The translations under genes and the position numbers were made by a program. Shown piece by piece: positions 8,986 through 19,229 of a DNA stretch of 64,000 bases. This stretch comes from Gammaproteobacteria bacterium. GTDB lineage: Bacteria > Pseudomonadota > Gammaproteobacteria > Eutrophobiales > Eutrophobiaceae. The stretch is taken from contig CBDCDS010000003.1 of assembly GCA_965215365.1 (NCBI GenBank), forward strand, positions 1,280,001 to 1,344,000, in the 5' to 3' direction. The notes under the pieces were generated by a model. That model was given only the letters and a program-made list of their open reading frames with translations. It was not told where the DNA came from and ran no database searches. Position 1 is the stretch's first letter, and each line of letters opens with the position of its first letter.

Positions 8986-9456
8986 TTACTCGCCAAGGCC
9001 AACAGAAGTGGTGCACATCTTGTCCTTCAATTCCTCAAAAATCGCAGCATAGTGATTCCAGCATCGGTTCGCTTCAGCCTGAAAGTGGTTGAACAACACT
9101 CCCTGAAAACTCAAATCATCAGGATAGACACCCACAAAGGCCTGCTGCCCCTTATCATTCAGTACCGCCGCTTTATCAAGACACTCAAAGCCGAATTGAT
9201 ACATCAGCGATCTCAGCTCGCTTTGAGTGTCAGCACTGTCCGTGGTGTTGCCTACTTTAGTATGGGCCGGCGTGATGGTGCAATCAAATCTGACCTCGTT
9301 GCAATGGGTTGTATTGGCGGTTGCATTCCAGTTACTGTACTTGCCAAGATCAATATCAAAGGTTCCCGGCGTTACCCCTGAAGTACAAGTTCCCGCAGCA
9401 GCAAACGGCAAGGCTAACAACACAGGTGCGACTAATCTGGTAATTACCTGTTTCAT
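8986..9456 (-). CDS. Hypothetical secreted Cys-containing protein
   Basis: Signal-peptide-like MKQVITRLVAPVLLALPFAAA, six Cys, lower GC than flanks; family not recognised. Confidence 0.6.
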   Translation of the reverse strand: MKQVITRLVAPVLLALPFAAAGTCTSGVTPGTFDIDLGKYSNWNATANTTHCNEVRFDCTITPAHTKVGNTTDSADTQSELRSLMYQFGFECLDKAAVLNDKGQQAFVGVYPDDLSFQGVLFNHFQAEANRCWNHYAAIFEELKDKMCTTSVGLGE

Positions 9457-9880
9457 AAAGGGTACCCTCATTTTCAATTTCCACCACGTCAGGAGGCACT
9501 ACGCCAAACAGCCCGATTTCAAGCGCAAATTATATCATAATACACGTAGTTTGCAAGTTCTTTTGCTAACATTTGTGATAAGAGCAGCTGATACTCGGTC
9601 CCCCTACCTGCTATACTCCTGCCAGATTAAAACACTTGCAGGGGACAGAACAGAGCAGTGAGCAAAGCGGAAAACGGCAGTGGCGCGGGGCATTCGGAGT
9701 GTGATCATTGCTGACCGTTTCGGTGACCTCGACGGCTTTGCTGAACATGTGGGTCTGACTGCAATACGCGTGGTGCACCACTACCTGATGGGCGGCTGGT
9801 CACTGGAAGACACGCCGGAACCGGGTTATCTGCTGGCGGATGCAGTGCAGTTGTAGGCCGGGGGCAATGAGGACAGAAAT

Positions 9881-10078
9881 ATGAAATATACGGTTGTGAT
9901 AAAAGCATCAGATGAAGGGTACAGCATTACTTGTCCGGCTTTGCCGGGGTGCTGGTCTCAGGGGGCAACGGAAGCAGAAGCGCTCGCCAATATCGGTGAA
10001 GCAATTCGGGATTATATGGCTGCTTTATATGACGCATACAAGAAGGAGCAGTATCGTGAAATTGAAGTTGCTGTATAG
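9881..10078 (+). CDS. hicB: HicB family antitoxin (short form)
   Basis: YSITCPALPGCWSQGATEAEALANIGEAI signature. Confidence 0.9.
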   Translation: MKYTVVIKASDEGYSITCPALPGCWSQGATEAEALANIGEAIRDYMAALYDAYKKEQYREIEVAV

Positions 10079-10084
10079 TCGGCC

Positions 10085-10303
10085 ATGCCCAAAATTCCAG
10101 GGATTAACCATCGTCAGGCGGTGCGCGTACTGAAGAAGGCCGGGTTCAGGATTGTCAGGGAAGGAAGAAAACCTATCGTCATGTCAGATGGTGTCCATTT
10201 TGTAACCATCCCGAGAAATAATCCTGTTAATGCCTATACAATGGCCGGCATAGCAAAGGATTGTGGACTGACTGTTGAAGAATTCAAGGAGCGGTTGAAG
10301 TAA
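10085..10303 (+). CDS. hicA: HicA family toxin
   Basis: MPKIPGINHRQAVRVLKKAGFRIVREG...TIPRNNPVNAYTMAGIAKDCGLTVEEF; directly follows hicB. Confidence 0.85.
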   Translation: MPKIPGINHRQAVRVLKKAGFRIVREGRKPIVMSDGVHFVTIPRNNPVNAYTMAGIAKDCGLTVEEFKERLK

Positions 10304-10324
10304 GGCATTCTCAAAGGAAAACAG

Positions 10325-12133
10325 ATGGAACAAGCGTTAACAGTACTGCGGGAAATTTTCGGCTATCGGGAGTTTCGCGGGAACCAGCAGGACATCATCG
10401 CCACCGTTCTGGACGGCAACGACGCGCTGGTATTGATGCCCACCGGTGGCGGCAAGTCCTTGTGTTATCAGCTTCCAGCCCTGTTGCGGCCCGGCACGGG
10501 CATCATTGTCTCACCGCTTATCGCGTTGATGCAGGACCAGGTGAATGCCTTGTTGCAACTGGGTATCAAAGCCGCCTGTCTCAATTCCACCCTGCCGCCG
10601 CAAAGCGCCCGGGACACCGAACAGGACTTGTTGCAAAATGTCATGGACTTGCTCTACATCGCCCCGGAACGGTTACTGCAGGAACGCACCCTGGCCTTGC
10701 TGGAACAGACCCGGATCGCCTTGTTTGCCATCGACGAGGCGCACTGCGTGTCACAATGGGGGCATGATTTTCGCAAGGACTATCTGGCCCTGGAACTGTT
10801 GCAGCGACGCTTCCCGCACATTCCACGCATTGCGCTGACCGCCACCGCAGACGAGCCCACCCGCCGCGAAATACGCGCGCGCCTGGGGCTGCAACAGGCG
10901 CAGGTGTTCATCAGCGGCTTCAATCGCCCGAACATCCGCTATCGCGTGACCACGCGCGGGCAGGAACGCCGGCAGTTATTGCGTTTTCTGCAGGAAGAAC
11001 ATCCGGGGGAGGCCGGCATCGTCTATTGCCTGTCGCGTAAAAAGACCGAAACGATTGCCGAGTGGCTGGTTACTCAAGGCTACACCGCCCTGCCTTACCA
11101 TGCCGGGCTGGATACCGCGGTACGTTATCGTCATCAGCAACGGTTCTTGCAGGAGGAGAGCATCATCATAGTCGCTACCATTGCCTTCGGCATGGGTATC
11201 GACAAGCCGGATGTGCGTTTCGTCGCGCACCTGGATTTGCCGAAGAGCATCGAGGCCTACTACCAGGAAACCGGGCGCGCCGGGCGCGACGGCAAGCCGG
11301 CCAACGCCTGGATGGTCTATGGCCTAGAAGATGTGGTTAAGCTGCGCCAGCTGCTGGAAGGCTCGGAGGCCGACGAGAGCCACAAACGCGTGGAGCGGCA
11401 CAAGCTCGACGCCATGCTGGGTTTATGTGAGATCACCAGTTGCCGTCGGCATGTCCTGCTGCAATATTTCGGTGAGCAGGCACCGGAGCGTTGTGACAAC
11501 TGCGATACCTGCCTGCAACCGGTGACCACCTGGGACGGCACCGAAGCCGCCCGCAAAGCCTTGTCCTGTGTTTACCGCACTGGCCAACTGTTCGGCGCCC
11601 GGCACCTGATTGACGTACTGCTGGGCAAAGAGAACGAGAAAGTGAAAAAGTTTCGCCACCAGCACCTCAGCACCTTCGGCATCGGCGCGGAGCTGAGTGC
11701 GGAGCAGTGGCGTTCCGTATTCCGGCAGTTGATCGCCCGGCGCTTCCTGACGGTGGATGTGCAAGGCTTCGGCTCACTGCGCCTAGCCGAACTGAGCAAG
11801 CCGTTGTTACGTGGGGAGTCACAAGTGTTTCTACGCAAGGAAGAAAAGGCGACCGGTGTCACGGCGAAACCTCGTGACAGGCAGCCGCTGCAAGTCCGCG
11901 ACCCGGCCTTGCTGGAAAAACTCAAGGCACACCGTCGGCAACTGGCTCAGCAACAAGGCCTGCCGCCCTATGTCATCTTCCACGACACGGCCTTAGTGGA
12001 GATGACTCAATATCTGCCGGCCACCCCGGAACAACTGTTACAAATCAGCGGCGTAGGCGCGCACAAGCTGAAAAAATACGGCGCCGGGTTCTTGGCGGTG
12101 ATTCAGGCGCATACCCGGAAGCAAGATCTGTAG
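10325..12133 (+). CDS. recQ: DNA helicase RecQ
   Basis: [51 protein letters not shown], Zn/RQC and HRDC domains. Confidence 0.98.
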   Translation: MEQALTVLREIFGYREFRGNQQDIIATVLDGNDALVLMPTGGGKSLCYQLPALLRPGTGIIVSPLIALMQDQVNALLQLGIKAACLNSTLPPQSARDTEQDLLQNVMDLLYIAPERLLQERTLALLEQTRIALFAIDEAHCVSQWGHDFRKDYLALELLQRRFPHIPRIALTATADEPTRREIRARLGLQQAQVFISGFNRPNIRYRVTTRGQERRQLLRFLQEEHPGEAGIVYCLSRKKTETIAEWLVTQGYTALPYHAGLDTAVRYRHQQRFLQEESIIIVATIAFGMGIDKPDVRFVAHLDLPKSIEAYYQETGRAGRDGKPANAWMVYGLEDVVKLRQLLEGSEADESHKRVERHKLDAMLGLCEITSCRRHVLLQYFGEQAPERCDNCDTCLQPVTTWDGTEAARKALSCVYRTGQLFGARHLIDVLLGKENEKVKKFRHQHLSTFGIGAELSAEQWRSVFRQLIARRFLTVDVQGFGSLRLAELSKPLLRGESQVFLRKEEKATGVTAKPRDRQPLQVRDPALLEKLKAHRRQLAQQQGLPPYVIFHDTALVEMTQYLPATPEQLLQISGVGAHKLKKYGAGFLAVIQAHTRKQDL

Positions 12134-12141
12134 AATCGACC

Positions 12142-12179
12142 CTGTTCGTCATTCCTGCGAATGCAGGAATGACGAACAG
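12142..12179. terminator. Bidirectional hairpin between convergent recQ and rpsI (REP-like GTCATTCC core)
   Basis: CTGTTCGTCATTCCTGC-GAAT-GCAGGAATGACGAACAG perfect 17-bp stem. Confidence 0.75.
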
Positions 12180-12189
12180 AAAACGGAGT

Positions 12190-12582
12190 CTAACGCTTGC
12201 TGTACTGCGGGCGTTTCCGGGCCTTGTGCAGGCCGATCTTCTTACGCTCCACCTCGCGCGCGTCGCGGGTGACGAAACCGGCCTGACGCAGGGTCTTGCG
12301 GAGACTTTCGTCATACTTGAGCAGCGCCCGGGTGATACCGTGGCGGATGGCACCGGCCTGACCGGAGATGCCGCCGCCGCTGACGCTGACGTCGATGTCG
12401 AAATTCTCCATCAGCTCCAGTTTTTCCAGTGGTTGGCGCACGATCATCCGGCCGGTTTCGCGACCAAAGTACTGATCCATAGTGCGTTTGTTGATAGTGA
12501 TGTTGCCGCTGCCGCGCTTTAGGAACACCCGGGCGCTGGCGCTTTTCCGGCGCCCGGTGCTGTAATAAACCTGTTCTGACAT
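12190..12582 (-). CDS. rpsI: 30S ribosomal protein S9
   Basis: [26 protein letters not shown]-terminal RKRPQYSKR. Confidence 0.99.
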   Translation of the reverse strand: MSEQVYYSTGRRKSASARVFLKRGSGNITINKRTMDQYFGRETGRMIVRQPLEKLELMENFDIDVSVSGGGISGQAGAIRHGITRALLKYDESLRKTLRQAGFVTRDAREVERKKIGLHKARKRPQYSKR

Positions 12583-12608
12583 AATGCGTGTCCGCCTGTG
12601 ATGGCCCC

Positions 12609-13037
12609 TTATAACTCCAGCGGTTGCGGCTGTTGCGCAGCATGGCGATGATTGGCATCGGCATACACCCGCAGCTTGCGGAACAGGTCACGTCCCAGTG
12701 GTCCCCTGGGCAACATACCCTTGACCGCTTTCTCAATGACCCGTTCCGGCTTGGACCGGATGAGTTTATCGAAAGTAATGGATTTGATGCCGCCCGGGTA
12801 ACCGGAATGGCGATAATAGGTCTTGTTCTTAGCCTTGTTGCCGGTCACGTGCACCTCTTTCGCGTTAATCACGATCACGTAGTCGCCGGTGTTTATATGC
12901 GGCGTGTATTCCGGCTTGTGCTTCCCGCGCAGCCGCTTGGCGATCTCACTGGCAAGCCTTCCCAAGACTTTGCCCCGGGCATCGACCAGATGCCACTGCG
13001 GCCTGATGTCCGCCGGTGTTGCGCTGTAGGTTTTCAT
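12609..13037 (-). CDS. rplM: 50S ribosomal protein L13
   Basis: MKTYSA...[23 protein letters not shown]...AVKGMLP; start trimmed to ATG 13037. Confidence 0.98.
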   Translation of the reverse strand: MKTYSATPADIRPQWHLVDARGKVLGRLASEIAKRLRGKHKPEYTPHINTGDYVIVINAKEVHVTGNKAKNKTYYRHSGYPGGIKSITFDKLIRSKPERVIEKAVKGMLPRGPLGRDLFRKLRVYADANHRHAAQQPQPLEL

Positions 13038-13068
13038 TGTATGCTGCTTGATTTCCGAAGAGGAGTGC

Positions 13069-13096
13069 ATTCTACATACTGTTGGCGATATGTCAA
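13069..13096 (-). promoter_or_regulatory. sigma70 promoter of rplM-rpsI
   Basis: TTGACA-N16-TAGAAT on the minus strand. Confidence 0.7.
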
Positions 13097-13136
13097 CCTG
13101 ATGATGACACCTGACCTGATGGGCAATAGCCTGTCT

Positions 13137-13493
13137 TCAGGGCAGATCGAAAACAATTTTCAAGGCAGCATGGATTTTTTCCATATCACTATCTTCCAAC
13201 TCTCCACGTACACCAGCCAAGCGCGCGCGGCGATCGATGGGACGGGTCTGGAGACAATCTACTACTGATTTTTTGGTACATCCATTACGGAGCGAGGGAG
13301 TGATCTCCACATTGGTGACAATACGGGATTTCTTTTCGCTCCATGCCGTCAAAGGTGCCACCTGAATAACTGGCAGACGAGCATTATAAGTGTTGTTCGT
13401 GACAATCACACAGGGGCGAATTTTGCCGGTTTCTGACCCTTTGACAGGATTAAGGTTGACGTCTATAACCATTCCTCGGGTCAACTTGTTCAC
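13137..13493 (-). CDS. PemK/MazF family toxin
   Basis: RGMVIDVNLNPVKGSETGKIRPCVIVTNN...DCLQTRPID; GTG start overlaps the antitoxin TGA. Confidence 0.9.
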   Translation of the reverse strand: MNKLTRGMVIDVNLNPVKGSETGKIRPCVIVTNNTYNARLPVIQVAPLTAWSEKKSRIVTNVEITPSLRNGCTKKSVVDCLQTRPIDRRARLAGVRGELEDSDMEKIHAALKIVFDLP

Positions 13494-13726
13494 GTCGGCC
13501 ACTCCGATAATGCCGCGTCTGTCCATTCCTGTGTTTCACTTTCTTTTTCGTAGACTTCCGCATATATCTCGGCCGACTCAGACAGGCTTTGCTGGGCTAA
13601 TTTTGCGTGCAAATGGTCAAGGGCCGTTCGTACGACCTCACTTTTATCCTTAAAACCATACTGCTTGCGCTGTGCAAGAAACCGGGTCTGTTTATCGGCA
13701 AGACTGAATTTGGATTGAATCATCAC
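13490..13726 (-). CDS. Putative RHH-type antitoxin
   Basis: 78 aa with KSEVVRTALD helix and acidic C-terminus, directly upstream of and overlapping the toxin; AGGAGG RBS. Confidence 0.8.
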   Translation of the reverse strand: MMIQSKFSLADKQTRFLAQRKQYGFKDKSEVVRTALDHLHAKLAQQSLSESAEIYAEVYEKESETQEWTDAALSEWPT

Positions 13727-13816
13727 GGCCTCCTTTTATGTCCGCAAAACAGGGCTATAAATCACAACCCTAATTTAAGCCCTAAATATCTGAAATGTCA
13801 ATGGGGCACCTCTAGT

Positions 13817-13865
13817 CACCCAGTGATGCGAAGATCGCGCCGGATCAGTCCTGCCTGCCCGGCTC
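13817..13865. repeat. Degenerate family-A MITE fragment directly after the RTX gene A stop
   Basis: CACCCAGTGATGCGAAGATCGCGCCGGAT aligns with 6226-6254; a family-B end (GGGGCACCTCTA) is adjacent at 13803. Confidence 0.7.
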
Positions 13866-16800
13866 TCAGACCACAATAACACCCAGGTCGGCGGCTTGCC
13901 AGCCGTTGGCCACGAAGTTCTCCAGGGTGACGCTGTGGTCACGGTCGGCATCGGTGTAAATCACCAGGTCATCGCCCTGTTCGGTCACGTAGTTGGCCCG
14001 CATGTCCGCCTTGCTGCGGAACGCTACGCCGCGGAACACCAACCAGTCTTGCCAGAGGTCAAAATCGGTCATCACGTCGTTACCGCCGTCGCCATCGATG
14101 TAGAAGAAGTCGAAGCCGCCGCCGCCCGTGAGCACATCGTCGCCGGTGCCGCCGTGCAGAGTGTCTGAGCCCGGCCCGCCGTTGAGGATGTCATCTCCGC
14201 CTCGGCCGTCGAGGCGGTCGCTGCCGCCGTGACCATCGAGGCGGTCGTTGTCGGCGTTGCCGGTGAGAATGTCAGTCGCCACCGTACCGGTCAGCGTCAG
14301 GCCGTTGATGACCGGCAGTGTGCGCGGCACGGGGTCGATCGGCGTGTTGGTATCCGGCGGCGGTGGTGGTGGCGGGTCGTCGTTGTCGGTAATAGTAGCC
14401 GTGCCGGTAGCATCGCCTAAGGTGGCGCCGCTGGGATTAGCCAGGGTGACGGTGAAAGTCTCATCGGGCTCGTCAATGCTGTCGTCTGTGGTGGCTACGG
14501 TGAGGGTCGCACTTTGCTGGCCGGCGGTAATCGTCAGGGTTTGCGCGGTGCTGACACCGGTGTAGTCACTGCCAGCGCTGGCACTGCCGTCGGCGGTGGT
14601 GTAGTCCACGGTGACATCGCTCGTCCATACCTTGTCCAGACTGACGGTGAATTGGGCGTTGGCGCCTTCGGTCACGGTGACATCGTCGATGGATAGCACC
14701 GGCGGTGAGGGTGGTGGCGTGGTATTGGTACCCGGCTGCTGTTGTGCTTCAATTTCTGTCAAGGCCGTTACGACCCGCTCCCAACGCGTCCAGCCCTTAT
14801 CGAGGTAGGTCTGCGCTTCGGTGGCGGTCATGGGCGTGAGGTTAGCAAAGGCCGTATCGGTCTCGCCCAGGGCTTTTAGTGTCCGCTGCCAGCGAGTCAC
14901 GTGCTCGGTGCCCTCGTTGGTCTCGGCGGCATAGCCGCGTATATCGGCAATCAGACCGGCATTAGGGTTGGCCGGGGGTGGCGGGTCGTCGTTGTCGGTG
15001 ACGGTGGCCTCGCCGGTGGCATCGCCCAAGGTGGCGCCGCTGGGATTAGCCAGGGTGACGGTGAAAGTCTCATCGGGCTCGTCAATGCTGTCGTCTGTGG
15101 TGGCTACGGTAATCGTCGCGCTTTGCTGGCCGGCGGCAATCGTCAGGGTTTGCGCGGTGCTGACACCGGTGTAGTCACTGCCAGCGCTGGCACTGCCGTC
15201 GGCGGTGGTGTAGTCCACGGTGACATCACTGCTCCATACCTTGTCCAGACTGACGGTGAATTGGGCATTGCCGCCCTCCGTAACAGTGACATCGTCGATG
15301 GCTACCACCGGCGGTGAGGGCGGTGGTGGTGTGGTATTGGTACCCGGCTGTTGTTGTCCTTCAAGCTCGGTCAAGGCCGTTACGACCCGCTCCCAACGCG
15401 TCCAGCCCTTATCGAGGTAGGTCTGCGCTTCGGTGGCGGTCATGGGCGTGAGGTTAGCAAAGGCCGTGTCGGTCTCGCCCAACGCCTTTAGCGTCCGCTG
15501 CCAGCGGGTCACGTGCTCGGTGCCCTCGTTGGTCTCGGCGGCGTAGCCGCGTATATCGGCAATCAGACCGGCATTAGGGTTGACCGGGGGTGGTGGGTCG
15601 TCGTTGTCGGTGACGGTGGCCTCGCCGGTGGCATCACCTAAGGTGGCGTTGACGGGGTTGCTTAACGTCACTGTAAAAGTCTCATCGGGCTCGTCAATGC
15701 TGTCGTCTGTGGTGGCTACGGTGAGGGTCGCGCTTTGCTGCCCGGCGGCAATCGTCAGGGTTTGCGCGGTGCTGACACCGGTGTAGTCACTGCCGGCGCT
15801 GGCACTGCCGTCGGCGGTGGTGTAGTCCACGGTGACATCACTGCTCCATACCTTGTCCAGACTGACGGTGAATTGGGCATTGCCGCCCTCCGTGACAGTG
15901 ACATCGTCGATGGATACCACTGGCGGTGGCGGCGGTGGCGCTTCGATTTCCCTCAAGGCCGTCACCACCGGGTCCCAGCGCACTGCCCAGTAGGTGTCGG
16001 CCAGCTGCTGCGCTTCGGTGGCGGTCATCGGTGTGAGGCTGGCGAAGGCCGCGTCGGTCTCGCCTAAGGCTTTCAGCACCCGCTGCCAGCGGGTCACATG
16101 CTCGACGCCCTCGTTGGTCTCGGCGGCATAGCCGCGCACCGCGGCGATCAGATCGGCGTAGGGATCCGTATTCGCCAACGTCACCGTGCCGACGCTGTTG
16201 CCCAGCTCTGCGTTGACCGGATTGCTGAGCGTGATGCTGAAGGTCTCGTCCGCCTCGTCAAGCCGGTCGGCCAGGGTAGGCACGGTGATTGCCTTTTGTG
16301 TCTCCCGCGGCCGGAACGTGAGCGGGGTCGCCGCGATGCCGGTGTAATCCGTCCCGGCCAATGCCGTGCCGTCGGCAGTGTGCCAGCTGACCGTCACCGT
16401 CTGCGTGGACGGCGCCGACAGTGTCACCAGCAGTTGCGCCGGCTGGCCCTCTTGCACCTCCAAGTTGTTGACGGATACGGTGGGCATGGGCGCAGCCCCG
16501 AACAGGAAGTCCGCCGCATCCAGGGTGATGCCGGCCTGCCCGGTCAGGGTGATGGTGTTGCCGCTGCCGGCGGTAATCACCCGGTCTTGACCACTGACGC
16601 TGAGCGTCAGGCCGGCAAAGCTCAGGCCGGTGTCACGCAAGTCAATGAGGTCGGCGCCGTCGGTGAAGTCGGTGATGGTATCGGTGCCGAACCCGGTGAG
16701 CCGGTAACGGAAGGTATCGGCGCCAGCGCCGCCGGTCAGGGTGTCGTCCCCGGCGCCACCGTCGAGGATGTCGTCCCCGGCACCGCCGGTCAGGGCGTCA

Positions 16801-17912
16801 TCCCCGGCGCCACCGTCGAGGATGTCGTCCCCGGCACCGCCGGTCAGGGTGTCGTCCCCGGCGCCACCGTCGAGGATGTCGTCCCCGGCACCGCCGGTCA
16901 GGGCGTCATCCCCGGCGCCACCGTCGAGGATGTCATCCCCGTCGCCGCCGTCTAAGGTGTCGTCCCCACCGTTACCCACCAGCGTATTGGCCGCATCGTT
17001 GCCGGTCACGTTGTCATCCCCGTCGCCGCCGAGGAAGTTCTCAATCACCGTATCCTTGTAAATCACCATGGCGCCCTTGGCGCCGAACACGTCAGACACG
17101 GCGCCGGGGCGCAAGTCCACCCGGCTGCCGCGCACGGCGTCGGAATAGTCAAACGTGTCAGTGCCGCCGTCGTCGATGAGGGTAAAAGTCAGCGTGGCCT
17201 GGCTCGCAGCGGGCGTGATGCCCTTCATAATGCCGGCAATTTCGTTCAAGTGGCCACCGGCATTGGAATTAAAACCATATACGGTGTCACCGGTGCGGAT
17301 GTTGTTGCTGTCGCCGTACAACTTCTCAATGGCCAGAATGTCGGCGGTCATGGGCGTGGCCGGATAGGCATAAGCAGCGTCCAGCCAGGTGTTCTCCTTC
17401 TGGTCGAAATAGGACATCGCCGTGAGCTGGTAACTGTCGTTCGCAGAGCGGTTGTCCGTACCGTAACGGGCGCTGCCTTCGTAAGGGCCGGGGTGCCCGA
17501 GGCCGAGCGCGTGGCCGATCTCGTGAATGAATGTATGGAGTCCCGAAGGGTTGGCGGTGTCGCGGTACAAGCTCGGGTGAACATTAACGAGGTAGCTTAT
17601 CCAGCCCTCCTGTCCATAAGATACCCAACGGGCAAATCCGCCGGGCTGGCTGTTCTGGAAAACGATGCCGCGGTCGTTATTCTGATTGTCGTCGGCGCGT
17701 TCGATACTGGTCTCAACAAAGTTCAGGCCGGTGGCCTGCGACCACATATCCAGGGCTTTGCGCACCAGAGCTTTTCCGGTTGCGTCCATGCGCGAGACAT
17801 CCACCGGGATGGGATTACTTTCGGAGGTAGTCCATTTGATAGGGGTAAATTTATACCTGCCATTGACCACGTAATCGGCGATTTGGTCCAGGGTATGAAC
17901 AGGCTTGCTCAT
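13866..17912 (-). CDS. Serralysin-like (M10B) metalloprotease with RTX, Calx-beta and unnamed helical repeats (protein A)
   Basis: HEIGHALGLGH zinc motif, TAMSY Met-turn, GGxGDDxL nonapeptides, four Calx-beta domains, C-terminal RTX tail. AGGAG precedes ATG 17912. Confidence 0.92.
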   Translation of the reverse strand: MSKPVHTLDQIADYVVNGRYKFTPIKWTTSESNPIPVDVSRMDATGKALVRKALDMWSQATGLNFVETSIERADDNQNNDRGIVFQNSQPGGFARWVSYGQEGWISYLVNVHPSLYRDTANPSGLHTFIHEIGHALGLGHPGPYEGSARYGTDNRSANDSYQLTAMSYFDQKENTWLDAAYAYPATPMTADILAIEKLYGDSNNIRTGDTVYGFNSNAGGHLNEIAGIMKGITPAASQATLTFTLIDDGGTDTFDYSDAVRGSRVDLRPGAVSDVFGAKGAMVIYKDTVIENFLGGDGDDNVTGNDAANTLVGNGGDDTLDGGDGDDILDGGAGDDALTGGAGDDILDGGAGDDTLTGGAGDDILDGGAGDDALTGGAGDDILDGGAGDDTLTGGAGADTFRYRLTGFGTDTITDFTDGADLIDLRDTGLSFAGLTLSVSGQDRVITAGSGNTITLTGQAGITLDAADFLFGAAPMPTVSVNNLEVQEGQPAQLLVTLSAPSTQTVTVSWHTADGTALAGTDYTGIAATPLTFRPRETQKAITVPTLADRLDEADETFSITLSNPVNAELGNSVGTVTLANTDPYADLIAAVRGYAAETNEGVEHVTRWQRVLKALGETDAAFASLTPMTATEAQQLADTYWAVRWDPVVTALREIEAPPPPPPVVSIDDVTVTEGGNAQFTVSLDKVWSSDVTVDYTTADGSASAGSDYTGVSTAQTLTIAAGQQSATLTVATTDDSIDEPDETFTVTLSNPVNATLGDATGEATVTDNDDPPPPVNPNAGLIADIRGYAAETNEGTEHVTRWQRTLKALGETDTAFANLTPMTATEAQTYLDKGWTRWERVVTALTELEGQQQPGTNTTPPPPSPPVVAIDDVTVTEGGNAQFTVSLDKVWSSDVTVDYTTADGSASAGSDYTGVSTAQTLTIAAGQQSATITVATTDDSIDEPDETFTVTLANPSGATLGDATGEATVTDNDDPPPPANPNAGLIADIRGYAAETNEGTEHVTRWQRTLKALGETDTAFANLTPMTATEAQTYLDKGWTRWERVVTALTEIEAQQQPGTNTTPPPSPPVLSIDDVTVTEGANAQFTVSLDKVWTSDVTVDYTTADGSASAGSDYTGVSTAQTLTITAGQQSATLTVATTDDSIDEPDETFTVTLANPSGATLGDATGTATITDNDDPPPPPPPDTNTPIDPVPRTLPVINGLTLTGTVATDILTGNADNDRLDGHGGSDRLDGRGGDDILNGGPGSDTLHGGTGDDVLTGGGGFDFFYIDGDGGNDVMTDFDLWQDWLVFRGVAFRSKADMRANYVTEQGDDLVIYTDADRDHSVTLENFVANGWQAADLGVIVV
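14370..15920 (-). repeat. ~610-bp intragenic tandem repeat (Calx-beta plus helical module)
   Basis: Near-identical shadow ORFs recur at 609-612 bp spacing (14611/15220, 14968/15580); boundaries approximate. Confidence 0.85.
16720..16975 (-). repeat. 27-bp RTX nonapeptide tandem repeats
   Basis: GGAGDDILD / GGAGDD(A/T)LT alternating units. Confidence 0.9.
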
Positions 17913-17942
17913 GGGCGGTTTCTCCTGACGGCGGTTATTCAC

Positions 17943-17986
17943 GGGAACCTTTGAAAATGCCACGGAGGGGATTTTCAGGGGTTCCC
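17943..17986. repeat. Family-B short palindrome
   Basis: GGGAACCTTTGAAAATGCCACGGAGGGGATTTTCAGGGGTTCCC. Confidence 0.7.
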
Positions 17987-18155
17987 ATATTCTAGCAGAC
18001 TGTCGGACTTAGGTCTCGGATGGTGTTATCATACTTGATGATAACCTTTCACGCGTAATTGAGGCTACTGTCCGATACAAAACTTTGTCCAGGCTGATCG
18101 CAACCAACCTTCGCGACTAACAGGTGATGCCCTTGATAATAGAATCGCGACCTCA

Positions 18156-19142
18156 TTAGAAAATCATTCCTTGCCGAGGGTTATTTTCTTTTTTCTGCCT
18201 GCGCTTTTGTTGCTGTTGTTCAGGAAGGGTGTTTCGTTCCCAAAACACACCTTCGTTGTAGCCTTGAATGGAAGAGTCATATCCGGCTGCGTTAATTCTC
18301 TTGCGCGCCCAACACAGGTATTCTTCGTTGATATCTATTCCACACCAGCGCCGGCCCAGCTTCTCTGCAACAACAACGGCTGTGCCGCTGCCTGAAAACG
18401 GATCAAACACAAAATCGTTTTGTTTAGAGCTTGCCAGAACCAGTTTGGCGAATAATTTTTCTGGTTTTTGGGTTGGGTGCGGTGTGTTTTCCGGCATTGA
18501 CCAAAACGGCACTGTTAAATCTGTCCAAATGTTGGATGGGTGTGTCAGCCTGTAATTTCCGTCCCGTTCTTCTTGCCAGTCTTTGGGCGCGCCATTTACA
18601 CGGTAGGGAGCTATAACCTTGCGCTTTAACTTCACAGCTTCCACATCAAAATAATAATTATCCGAATTAGTACAAAACCAAATATCTTCTGTATTATTTT
18701 TCCAGTTTGTTTTCGCTCCTCGCCCCTTTTCTCTCTCCCAGGTGATTCTGTTTCTGACAAAAAAACGTTCTCGCAGAACCGGAAACACAGTGGTTGAGGT
18801 CTGCCAGTCAGCGCATACATACAAGGTGGCATCCGGTTTCATGGTTGGAACAAGCAATTCAAGAATCTTTTCAAACCAGAGAGCATAATTGTCATCCGTG
18901 AGTTTCTTAAAATAATTCCCATCGAAATTCTTTGTCAAATTATACGGCGGATCAAGAATGATCAAATCAGCGAAACTATTTGGAAGATATTGCGCAATTT
19001 CAAAAAAGTCCCCCTTGATCAGACATCGGGATATTCCTTTGAGATCGATACTGGTTTCAGGCCGTAAAATGTCTTTAGAAAGCTCGGTTCTTTCTTCCAT
19101 AGAACAAGACAACGTCCTGTTTCGTTGGGCGGGGCTTTGCAT
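18156..19142 (-). CDS. Orphan beta-class N6/N4 DNA methyltransferase
   Basis: Motif IV DPPY precedes HPTQKP and motif I FDPFSGSGT; AT-rich relative to flanks. GAGGAG precedes the GTG/ATG start at about 19142. Confidence 0.92.
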   Translation of the reverse strand: MQSPAQRNRTLSCSMEERTELSKDILRPETSIDLKGISRCLIKGDFFEIAQYLPNSFADLIILDPPYNLTKNFDGNYFKKLTDDNYALWFEKILELLVPTMKPDATLYVCADWQTSTTVFPVLRERFFVRNRITWEREKGRGAKTNWKNNTEDIWFCTNSDNYYFDVEAVKLKRKVIAPYRVNGAPKDWQEERDGNYRLTHPSNIWTDLTVPFWSMPENTPHPTQKPEKLFAKLVLASSKQNDFVFDPFSGSGTAVVVAEKLGRRWCGIDINEEYLCWARKRINAAGYDSSIQGYNEGVFWERNTLPEQQQQKRRQKKENNPRQGMIF

Positions 19143-19180
19143 CACGTTGCTCCTCGGAGGTATCATTATCGTTGTTTACC

Positions 19181-19229
19181 CACCCAGTGATGCGAAGCTC
19201 GCGCGGGATTAGTCCTGCCTGCCCGGCTC
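19181..19229. repeat. Family-A MITE fragment after the RTX gene B stop
   Basis: Near-identical to 13817-13865. Confidence 0.7.
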
